This document shows positions 55,601 to 62,961 of a stretch of DNA of 64,000 nucleotides, one piece after another. The stretch lies in IMG/VR virus record IMGVR_UViG_3300028844_006119, positions 32,001 to 96,000 of that record. The stretch is one strand, 5' to 3'. Positions within the stretch are counted from its first letter, which is position 1; the number at the start of each line of letters is the position of its first letter. Under the pieces are notes generated by a model. The model ran no database searches. It saw only the letters and a list, made by a program, of their open reading frames with translations, and was not told the DNA's origin. A program made the position numbers and the translations under genes. This stretch comes from a virus.

Positions 55601-58600
55601 CGCCTCCCCCCAAGGTCCCTACCTCGATGGAGCACTTCAAGAAGTACCTACGGGCTACGGGGGTCTATGCCGAGGAGACTGGCGGTGTGTACTCCCTGTC
55701 TCCCATGACGGATGCTCAGACCCTAGGGCAGAGTAAAGGCGCGCTCGTAGCGGCGGATAAGACGCTGGTGGCAAAGGGGATGCTCACCAAGGAAGAAAAG
55801 GGCGGCCTGTTTGATAGGGGCAAGACCGGAGGCATGGAGGGCAAATTCTGGTCCCACATCGACATGAAGACCCGGATGCCCAACCCAATGTTTGAGACCG
55901 CAATCCAGTCTCTGCTCGGCCTAAAAAAGGCGGAGTTTGAAAAGCTGGTCTCCGAAAACGGAGCCGTGGGGAAGAAGTCCGGGTTCCAGATCATTGAGGA
56001 GCGTCTGCGCGCCATCAAGGTTCCCTCCGAGCTAAAGAAGGCGGAAGAGGAGCTGAAGACCGCTAAGAAGGCGGACCTCAACAAGAAGTACAAGAAGGTC
56101 CGGTATCTTCGCGCGCTGAAGGAGCTCAAGACCTCTCCGGTAGACGCCTATACGAACCAGCATCTCCCAGTGCTGCCTCCCATCTTGAGGCCGGTAAAGA
56201 TTGGATACGACGGCACACAGATGATTGATGCCGCGAATCAGTACTACGCCATGATCGGCCAGATGACCAAGCAGGTAGAGCAGGGGAAGAAGGAGGGGCT
56301 GCCGAAGGCCGACATCTTCAAGAGAGAAGCGCAGCTATACGACCTGGTCCGTGCGTTGCGCCTGAATGGCATGACTCAGGAAGGCAGGGAGCTTCCCAGT
56401 CTGATGGACAAGATGACGGGCTCGAAGCCCAAACACTCATTCTTTCAGCAGGGTGTTCTGTCGAAGCGGCAGGACTTGTCGGGCCGGACGGTCGTTACCC
56501 CAGAGCCCGCATTGAAGATGGACCAGGTGGGCATCCCTGTCGATATGGCGATGGAGACGTACAAGCCGTTCGTCATCAGAGAGCTGTGGCGTCGTATGGG
56601 AATCGCCAAGAGCCCTGGCGAAGCAAGACGCATGATCAAGAAGAACCACCCCTCCGCCAAGAAAGCGTTGGAGAGGGTGATTACTCAGCGTCCAGTAATC
56701 ATGAAGAGAGACCCTGCGCTTCATATGTTTTCTACTATGGCCTTCAAGCCAGTTCTTGTGCCGGGGAAGTCGATCAAGATCCACCCACTTGTGTGCGGCG
56801 GCTTCAACGCGGACTTCGATGGCGACACCATGGCCATGTATGTGCCCGTGACTGAGGAAGCTGCGGAGGAGGCCCTGGAGAAGATGCTCCCGTCTAAGAA
56901 CCTGTTTTCCCCCACACACGGGGGCCTCATGTTGACCCCCAGCCAGGATGCCGTTCTCGGCATCTACCAGGCTACAAAGTGGGGCAAGAAGGTTCCTGGA
57001 ATCCTTACGGAGGAGCAGGCGCTTCAGCAGCTGAAGAACGGAAAGTTGAAGTCTGACAACGTCATCACGGTCAAGGGCCACAAGAAGCCTACGACTGCGG
57101 GAAGACTGCGGATCAACAAGACCCTGCCCGGCAGCGTAAAGAATGATCCCGAGCTTCTATACGATCCCAAATTCCGCATGGCCAAGGGCGCTATGAAGGG
57201 ATTCGCAACTCGAGTAGCCCAATCCGATCCGGATGAGTTCTCCGGCATGATCGACGGATGGAAGGAGTTGGGGTTCACGCTGTCATATAAGAACGGTAGT
57301 TCGTTCAGCCTGAATGATTTTCACGACGGTAAGACCATCCGAGACAACGTCCTGAAGAAGTACAAGAAGGAAGAGAATGTGATTCGCAAGTCTGGTATTT
57401 CTCGTAAAAAGAAGGACCAGAAGATTATCGCCCTGTACCAAAAAGCAGGCGAGGAACTCAAGGTTATCGGGCAGGCCCACTACAAGGCTAAAAAAGACAA
57501 CCGTATGTGGGAGTGGGCTGAAAGCGGTGCGCGAAGCAACTGGGGCCAGTTCGGTCAGTTGGTCATGGGGCCCATGCTTGTGCAGAACCCCTCCAAGGAG
57601 TTTGTGCCTGTACCGCTCACTACCTCGTTTGGGGAGGGGCTCCCGATCTCTCAGTACTGGGCAGCGCTGCATGGCGCCCGAAAGGGAACCCTGGATCGCG
57701 CAGCAGGAACTAGAGACCCCGGAGCGCTCACCAAGGAGTTGATCAACACAGTCATTGCGTACTCTGTGACCGACAAGGACTGTGGTACTTCCAAGGGCAC
57801 TCTGATGTCCGTCATGGCGAAGGACATCGAGGGCAGGTACCTGGCGCGCGAGGTGCCCCTGAAGAGCGGGGACAAACTGACCCGTGGAACCCTGGTCAGC
57901 TCGGCATTGTTGACCAGGATGAAGAACTCCGGCCCCCAGAAGGTCCTGGTGCGCTCCCCTCTTCACTGCCAGCAGGCAACGGGCATTTGCGCCACTTGCT
58001 ATGGGCTTAACGAGAGAGGAACTCTCTACAAAAAGGGAACCAACGTTGGCATCATTGCCGGCCATGCCCTCGGAGAGCCAGTCACTCAGATGCAGATGCG
58101 GACGTTCCACACGGGCGGCGCCGGAACCGACGGGCTGACGGATTACTTCCAGCAGGCAAAGGACCTCTTCAAGGTGCCCGAGAAGCTACGAGGTGCCGCT
58201 ACGTTGGCGGAGGTCACCGGCAGGGTAGATAAAATCGAGACGGATGCCCTTGGCGGTAAGAAGGTCACGATTGGCGGAAAGCTGCACGTTGTCCCCCACT
58301 CGACCCCACTCCTCCCGAAGATTAGGGTCGGGGCGGACGTGAAGAAGACAGACGCGCTCTCTGTTGGTCGGAAAAATCCGCACGACATCCTTCGGATCTC
58401 CAACAACATCCATGCTGTCCGCAATCACCTCACGACAGAGCTAGACTCTCTGTACGTAGAGACTACGGGGAACGAGAGGCGGAGGAACATCGAGACGGTG
58501 ATCCGTGCGATGACCGATGTTGCGCAGGTGACCGAAAGCTCTGAGCACGAGAACCTGCTCAATGGGCAGATGATGTCTCTTTCCCGGATTGAGAACAGGA

Positions 58601-58944
58601 ACAAAGAGCTGAAGAAGTTGGGACTCCCCACCATCCAGCACAAGCCTCTGCTGAAGCCTATGGACAAAGTCCCGCTTTCCGGTAAAGAAGACTGGATGGC
58701 GCGACTAAACTTCCAGAGGCTTAAGGACACCCTTATCGAGGGCGGGGCACAGAACTGGAAGTCAGATATCCAGGGTCACCCCATCCCAGGCCTGGCGCAT
58801 GGTGCGGCGTTTGGACTGCAAGCCCCAAAGACCGCAGCCATAAGCTCCCCTTTCCCCAAGCCCCCCAAACCTGTTAAACTTCCGGCACCTGTGCCTGCCG
58901 CCCCGCAGGGCATCTTCGGGTCCTTCTTTGGAGCAAAGTCATGA
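52606..58944 (+). CDS. rpoBC: Fused beta-beta' (RpoB-RpoC) DNA-directed RNA polymerase, single 2112-aa chain
   Basis: Beta motifs QTPE, NRAMM, GYNFED, GDKLSGRHGNKG, PSRMNVGQ, YMLKLDH, GGQRIG; beta' motifs LPVLPPILRP, KRQDLSGR, NADFDGD (56806-56826), PSQD, HGARKG, RSPLHC, CATCYG, GEPVTQMQMRTFHTGG; no internal stop. Confidence 0.96.
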   Translation: MANLAPGDAYRLLEERTKEAIKSHFPVEGRENRLELVDISTDEDASSASGKHHSYNHTSQTDAKLHDRTWGPNIVGTFRLVNMETGKVVDQGKRTLGQLPKITSRYSYIVEGNERQVDSVFRLNPGAYHVEADNGDLLAKWNVAAGSKVGSFKISIERKHPKKLGAMYLIVKSGTQSTRKIPAYGILSALGVSDPAMRKAWGESVFEVNRRISKPNDLLNFHEAVEKRRAGKDKYETPTLSEARKFAKEVFEGAEVNPDTMLATLGKKFTNISGDALLASSAKVVGISKGTAEPDDRQSLSNKRLFGMEDFIHEEISKGSSRFEMQKKIRNNLDRKGKISDILPAASVGYGRLITRKFKAAQLPTQTNPLQFVSNHTKTTILGQAFGGIKGDNVNLDRDKLINPSHLGLLDPLQTPENTSTGVSLHIPIGANKKGQQLYTKVLNVKTGKFENKNAAEMEKAVVAYPDQVKITRTKTGATVRPLHPDVVVYDSDRSTAKRPWKDVQYVLPNAKTLFSVSANMIPFVQNDNGNRAMMAAKHQEQAVSLKDREAPLVQAEFAGGVSFDQMIGKLNSTTASVAGTVSRITKDSVYIKGAAGKAVSHPIYNHHPLNGTKHMMHSTPVVKVGDKVKVGQLIADSNFTKDGTLSLGTNLRVGYLPYKGYNFEDGTVISETAAKKLVSTHLHIEEAEMFANVVVNRKLWRNFAGANKATAEVMSKLDEDGVIKEGAKVVPDDVLITRLVKAEMTRENQDVKRSLKKAIRDYKDAAVVWKHEYGGTVVRVVKTAKKIQVHIRTEQTMEPGDKLSGRHGNKGIITKILPDDMMPKDKSGKPVHVLMSPAGVPSRMNVGQVLETAASKIARKTGKSYKIENFDASVDYSQKIKDELKKHNLSDTEELFDPETGESLGQIFTGEQYMLKLDHQAEKKVSARSGGSGYAYRPTGEAISGSGIGKGGQRIGGLDTYALLAHGAKRNLMEMQTYKSDSEQARDVWIRVMQGQRPPPPKVPTSMEHFKKYLRATGVYAEETGGVYSLSPMTDAQTLGQSKGALVAADKTLVAKGMLTKEEKGGLFDRGKTGGMEGKFWSHIDMKTRMPNPMFETAIQSLLGLKKAEFEKLVSENGAVGKKSGFQIIEERLRAIKVPSELKKAEEELKTAKKADLNKKYKKVRYLRALKELKTSPVDAYTNQHLPVLPPILRPVKIGYDGTQMIDAANQYYAMIGQMTKQVEQGKKEGLPKADIFKREAQLYDLVRALRLNGMTQEGRELPSLMDKMTGSKPKHSFFQQGVLSKRQDLSGRTVVTPEPALKMDQVGIPVDMAMETYKPFVIRELWRRMGIAKSPGEARRMIKKNHPSAKKALERVITQRPVIMKRDPALHMFSTMAFKPVLVPGKSIKIHPLVCGGFNADFDGDTMAMYVPVTEEAAEEALEKMLPSKNLFSPTHGGLMLTPSQDAVLGIYQATKWGKKVPGILTEEQALQQLKNGKLKSDNVITVKGHKKPTTAGRLRINKTLPGSVKNDPELLYDPKFRMAKGAMKGFATRVAQSDPDEFSGMIDGWKELGFTLSYKNGSSFSLNDFHDGKTIRDNVLKKYKKEENVIRKSGISRKKKDQKIIALYQKAGEELKVIGQAHYKAKKDNRMWEWAESGARSNWGQFGQLVMGPMLVQNPSKEFVPVPLTTSFGEGLPISQYWAALHGARKGTLDRAAGTRDPGALTKELINTVIAYSVTDKDCGTSKGTLMSVMAKDIEGRYLAREVPLKSGDKLTRGTLVSSALLTRMKNSGPQKVLVRSPLHCQQATGICATCYGLNERGTLYKKGTNVGIIAGHALGEPVTQMQMRTFHTGGAGTDGLTDYFQQAKDLFKVPEKLRGAATLAEVTGRVDKIETDALGGKKVTIGGKLHVVPHSTPLLPKIRVGADVKKTDALSVGRKNPHDILRISNNIHAVRNHLTTELDSLYVETTGNERRRNIETVIRAMTDVAQVTESSEHENLLNGQMMSLSRIENRNKELKKLGLPTIQHKPLLKPMDKVPLSGKEDWMARLNFQRLKDTLIEGGAQNWKSDIQGHPIPGLAHGAAFGLQAPKTAAISSPFPKPPKPVKLPAPVPAAPQGIFGSFFGAKS

Positions 58945-59363
58945 ACAAGATCGCCGCATACGAAATCGCACTCGAGAGAATCGAACTTGAGAAGCGGGCT
59001 GACTCCCTGGTGGAGGCCTACGGCACCAGTGAGGGCTACATGCCGGGTGCCTACCTTCAGGCGTTTGATCAGATCGAGAAGGAAGCCGGAATCCAGGCTA
59101 TCGCAAATATCGGGAGCCGCCTCTCAACAGCGGCGCGAGGCACCATTAAAGGGATGATGGGGAGCGGCGGGGCAGTAGTCCGAAAGGGCGGGAAGATGCA
59201 GCTTAGCAGGGGAGCCGGACTTGGGGACACGGCTAAGTACTACGGAGCTCGAGGCGTGCAGCGCGCGGGAAGATTCGCCATGCAGAATCCCGGCGCGACT
59301 GCAGCTGTTGGCGGGGTCGGAGGTGTCGGAGCTGCCGGCCTCGGGTACAAGGCTCTGAAGTAG
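58941..59363 (+). CDS. KxA-motif glycine-zipper protein (putative virion cargo)
   Basis: MNKIAA, LEKRAD, FDQIEKEAG; C-terminal AAVGGVGGVGAAGLG. Confidence 0.65.
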   Translation: MNKIAAYEIALERIELEKRADSLVEAYGTSEGYMPGAYLQAFDQIEKEAGIQAIANIGSRLSTAARGTIKGMMGSGGAVVRKGGKMQLSRGAGLGDTAKYYGARGVQRAGRFAMQNPGATAAVGGVGGVGAAGLGYKALK

Positions 59364-59364
59364 A

Positions 59365-60564
59365 ATGCCCGCACCCGTCTCCCCAGCAGCGCCTTCTCCG
59401 GCATTGATCCTCCAAGGGCGCATCTCTGAAGTAGATGCGCCCCGGTGGCTATGCAAGGTGCGGGTTGACGGGAGAGACGATGATGTGACCACGACCATCC
59501 CATCTGTGTACTCTCATCCGATGAACGGGGAGGGGATCCACTTCTTGCCGGAGGTTGGAGCGTTTTGCTACGTCTGCTTTAGCTCCGACAAGAAGACCAT
59601 CCCCTTCCTGCTTTCTGCTGGAGCCGCAACGGTGCCGAAGGATCGGTCTTCATCCGAAGGCCTTCCCGGGTCGATGGATATGTTCCGTCCCCTCCTGACC
59701 GCAGGGGACATTGCCCTTCTCACTAGAGACGGCAACGGCCTTACCCTGCGCAGAGGAGGAGTGACGGAACTCAAGGGCACGTCCCTGGCTAAGATCGTGT
59801 TCAACCCGACGATGAACCAGGTGTTCACCATCGCTGAGAACTACCGGGTCCAGACGTTTGGAGGATCTACTGAGTGGAAGAACCTCCGACGCGAGGAAAA
59901 CCCAGATGGCCAGGTCAGGACGCGGCTCTCTACTGTGGTCAAGGAGTACGCCACCTCCAAGGGCTACAGTGTCCGTCTCCAGATGGGTGCCACTGAGGGA
60001 GCGCCTGTTGCGCTTCAGGGCGACGATTCGGCAGAGAAAGCGCCGGACAAGGTGGTGGAAGAGTCGGAAGCTGTGACGCTCTCCGGTACAGGAGATACAT
60101 ACACGGTCACGGTGCCCAAGTCTGTTCCGCTGCTGGACAGCACTAGGGTTGTGGACTTCAGGATCTACGAGGACGAGACGGTCGCTGAAGATGCGCTAGA
60201 GGTAGTGATGAATCTCGGCATGGACCGAGAAGGAGACATCCAACTCGAGACCGATGGCGCTATGAAGATCGACGTGCCCAAGAAGTGGGTGGAGATTGTC
60301 GTTGGAGGCAGCACTCCGTTTATCAATACGGAAGCGGCAGGGGCGCAGAAGGTACTGGTAACTACTGGGACACAGGGCAACACTGAGCCGGTGATCAAGG
60401 GATTCGCATTCCTGTCAGATCTTGCGGCCTCTCTGACCGAGATTAAGACGGCCCTGAACGGGCTCGGCATTCCGACTGTCTCGACGGATGCCCTATTGGC
60501 AAACATCCTTACTTCTGTGGCGGACGGAGCTCCATATCTGTCTACTACTCTGGAGAGTGAATAA
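59365..60564 (+). CDS. Baseplate central spike (gp5/gpV-like OB fold)
   Basis: GRISEVD...CKVR...FLPEVGAFCYV OB-fold pattern, followed by beta-rich repeats. Confidence 0.7.
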   Translation: MPAPVSPAAPSPALILQGRISEVDAPRWLCKVRVDGRDDDVTTTIPSVYSHPMNGEGIHFLPEVGAFCYVCFSSDKKTIPFLLSAGAATVPKDRSSSEGLPGSMDMFRPLLTAGDIALLTRDGNGLTLRRGGVTELKGTSLAKIVFNPTMNQVFTIAENYRVQTFGGSTEWKNLRREENPDGQVRTRLSTVVKEYATSKGYSVRLQMGATEGAPVALQGDDSAEKAPDKVVEESEAVTLSGTGDTYTVTVPKSVPLLDSTRVVDFRIYEDETVAEDALEVVMNLGMDREGDIQLETDGAMKIDVPKKWVEIVVGGSTPFINTEAAGAQKVLVTTGTQGNTEPVIKGFAFLSDLAASLTEIKTALNGLGIPTVSTDALLANILTSVADGAPYLSTTLESE

Positions 60565-60797
60565 TGCCCCTCACCGGCACCGAAGATGCTCTCTCTGCTG
60601 CGATTAAGGCTAAGGTCCAGACTAATAACCCTGACTTTGCCAGTAAGATCGGGGATGATTGGGATTGGCTGTTTGACTCTATCGCCAAGGCGGTTGTAGA
60701 TCACGTCAGAGACAATATTTTGGTCGCCGGCACTACGGTTACGACGTGTGGTGCTGGTGCCGGTTCCGGTGTCTTCACCCACGTTTCCACTTCTTGA
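60564..60797 (+). CDS. Small spike-associated protein
   Basis: TAATG overlap; IAKAVVDHV pattern; directly follows the spike gene. Confidence 0.55.
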   Translation: MPLTGTEDALSAAIKAKVQTNNPDFASKIGDDWDWLFDSIAKAVVDHVRDNILVAGTTVTTCGAGAGSGVFTHVSTS

Positions 60798-60805
60798 GGA
60801 CTAAA

Positions 60806-62146
60806 ATGGCACAACTCCTATTTCTGCCTGATGTCGACCCGAATTCCTTTTTCGAGAAGGAGGCGTCGATCTCGAAGATGCCCGAGGACGAGAAGGATTG
60901 GCCCAGCCACATCCTGAGCATGCTGTACGAGCAGCTGCCCTTCCTCAGCAAGTTCTCGGTCAACATCATGATCCAGAGAATGGAGCCGGAGGCAGGATTT
61001 GCGTTTGGTTACGCCCTGGTTCTGTCTAAGAGCGATCCGCGGGTCTCCACTGAGTCCAAGAACGTTGAGAACGGGATCCGCATTCCTCTCATCGTGGCAG
61101 ATCGGCAGCTCCAGCCGTTCCATACCTTTGAGCTGAAGGGACAGGTCCGGCCCCTTACTCCTGAACGAGTCGCGGCTGCCATGATGAACCCCGCGATGTT
61201 CGACGGCCCGGCCACAAAGCCCGAGACTCAGAAGTCTCTCGTCGATCAGATGTACCCGCCCTACCAGCAGCGCCAGGGCTTCGGCATGACCAGCAGTGGA
61301 AATGCAGGAGGCATGGGTAAGGTCAGTTCTATGCCCCTCTCTGCTATGACGGCCCCACAGCTAAAGCAGCACGCCCGACTGAAGGAAACTGAGAGGGGAG
61401 ATGCCGCTGCGGCATCCATGACCAGCGGTCAGCGGCTGGAGCAGGCAGGAAGAGCTGCCATTGTCCCCACTGCTGCGGGTGCGTTGATCTCGGCAGGCAG
61501 AGGTGCCATGAAAGGCGGCGGGACTTGGAAAAACAGACTTGCCCGTGGGGCGGCTGGGGTCACTACCGGAGCCCTAACGGGTGCGGGAATCTCTGCAGTA
61601 AATACCGGAGTTCAGGAGTCCGCTAGAGTGGCACGGGATGCTCAGAGGGCTAAGTTGGCCTCCCGGATTAAGAAGGGTCTGCCTCCTGCGCTCGCCCGCA
61701 ACGCAGCAAAGGTAAAAGCAGTGCAGAATCCGGAGGCGGGCGCAGAGGTCCCTGCGGGGCTGCGGAAGAAGGGTTCGGTAAGGGAAGCCCACGTAAAGGA
61801 AGCACTGGCCCGCCTGGACTTCAATCCCAGCCGTAGGATTCCTTCAAACATGGTTATGAAGGGCTCTAAGGTCAAGGTGATGCCGGGCGTTACCGCCATG
61901 TCCCTGCGCTTCTTCCCCGTCATGGGAACAAAATTTGTAATAGGCGTGGATACCAAGCTGGCGAAGAAGCTCGGGAAGATGAAGGATCAGAATCAGATCC
62001 GGCAAGCACTAATGGGGCCCATGAAGGCGGAGATCCGGGCTGCGCGCGGTAAGCGCCCCTCCCCCGGAATGTTCATGCTCTTCTCCAAGACGAAGACGGG
62101 ATACGCGTACCAGGTTCCCACCCCCATCCCCGGGATGGCCGCGTGA
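60806..62146 (+). CDS. Modular putative head protein (globular N-domain plus Gly/Ala-rich basic cassettes)
   Basis: GAGGA RBS; FFEKEAS, GKVSS, AKLAS, VKEAL boundaries. Confidence 0.65.
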   Translation: MAQLLFLPDVDPNSFFEKEASISKMPEDEKDWPSHILSMLYEQLPFLSKFSVNIMIQRMEPEAGFAFGYALVLSKSDPRVSTESKNVENGIRIPLIVADRQLQPFHTFELKGQVRPLTPERVAAAMMNPAMFDGPATKPETQKSLVDQMYPPYQQRQGFGMTSSGNAGGMGKVSSMPLSAMTAPQLKQHARLKETERGDAAAASMTSGQRLEQAGRAAIVPTAAGALISAGRGAMKGGGTWKNRLARGAAGVTTGALTGAGISAVNTGVQESARVARDAQRAKLASRIKKGLPPALARNAAKVKAVQNPEAGAEVPAGLRKKGSVREAHVKEALARLDFNPSRRIPSNMVMKGSKVKVMPGVTAMSLRFFPVMGTKFVIGVDTKLAKKLGKMKDQNQIRQALMGPMKAEIRAARGKRPSPGMFMLFSKTKTGYAYQVPTPIPGMAA

Positions 62147-62961
62147 TTCCCTTCTACCCCAAGTTTGGAAGCCAGGAGGATGCTCCAGGGTATGGCCCTG
62201 CTGCGTCCGAGGATAAGTGCGAGAACTGCGCGCATTATCGTAACTTGGGGAACCAAGGGCACTGCGAGAAGTTCTCGTTTATGTGCCAGCCTGAGTACGC
62301 CTGTGACGACTTCCGGCCTTCGGGAGTAATCAAGGAGTCCAGCGTGGTTGCGGAGGCTGCGGCCCTCCCCCGGAAGAAGGTCGAGGCGGTACAGGACACT
62401 GCGCGTGCCCTAAAAGAGAGAAACATCTCTCGAGCCCTGAACTCTGCCCAAAAAGACCTGATGCCGGGGAGATACGACAAGGCCATTGAGAACCTAAAGC
62501 ATCTATACCCCAAAGAGGCTGCTTCTCCTTTCATGCAGGGACTCGATCCTCTTGCAGGGGAGGTCGCCCGGGGAGCTATCCGGGATCGGCTGAATCCCGA
62601 CGTCTCTTCGGAGGAAATGACCCGCAGACGGAGACTCGCGACGCTGGGCGGAGTAGTCGGAGGCGGAGTCCTGGTCCCTGGCGCAGTCTCCGCTGTCCTA
62701 GGGGCCGGTGTTGGAGCTATGGGGAATAGAGGGTTGGGGAGAGTTACGGGAGCCGCGCGCCAGGCAGGGCGGGCTCTGCGAGGAACCTTTACCCGGGCAG
62801 GAAGTCCTGCTCTTATTGCCGGGGCAGGGATCGGAGCAATGGGGGCTCGCTCCCAATACGATTTAGGGGCGGGGCTTGCCGAGCTTGCCGCCGAGAAGCA
62901 CGCCTCTACCGACCACAGCTTGCGGTCTTTTCTTAGGAAGAATCATGAACAAGAACGCTAA
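62143..62961 (+). CDS. Modular protein with a HiPIP-like 4-Cys segment and a glycine-zipper cassette
   Basis: GY.....CENCAHY......C......PEYACDDF; PKEAAS...EKHAS flank a Gly-rich hydrophobic hairpin. Confidence 0.6.
   Translation: MIPFYPKFGSQEDAPGYGPAASEDKCENCAHYRNLGNQGHCEKFSFMCQPEYACDDFRPSGVIKESSVVAEAAALPRKKVEAVQDTARALKERNISRALNSAQKDLMPGRYDKAIENLKHLYPKEAASPFMQGLDPLAGEVARGAIRDRLNPDVSSEEMTRRRRLATLGGVVGGGVLVPGAVSAVLGAGVGAMGNRGLGRVTGAARQAGRALRGTFTRAGSPALIAGAGIGAMGARSQYDLGAGLAELAAEKHASTDHSLRSFLRKNHEQER

Noticed and set aside
52606-58944. Cellular rpoBC locus
   Set aside because: No rpl/rps/nusG neighbours; it is flanked by portal and spike genes; the chain is shortened and divergent.
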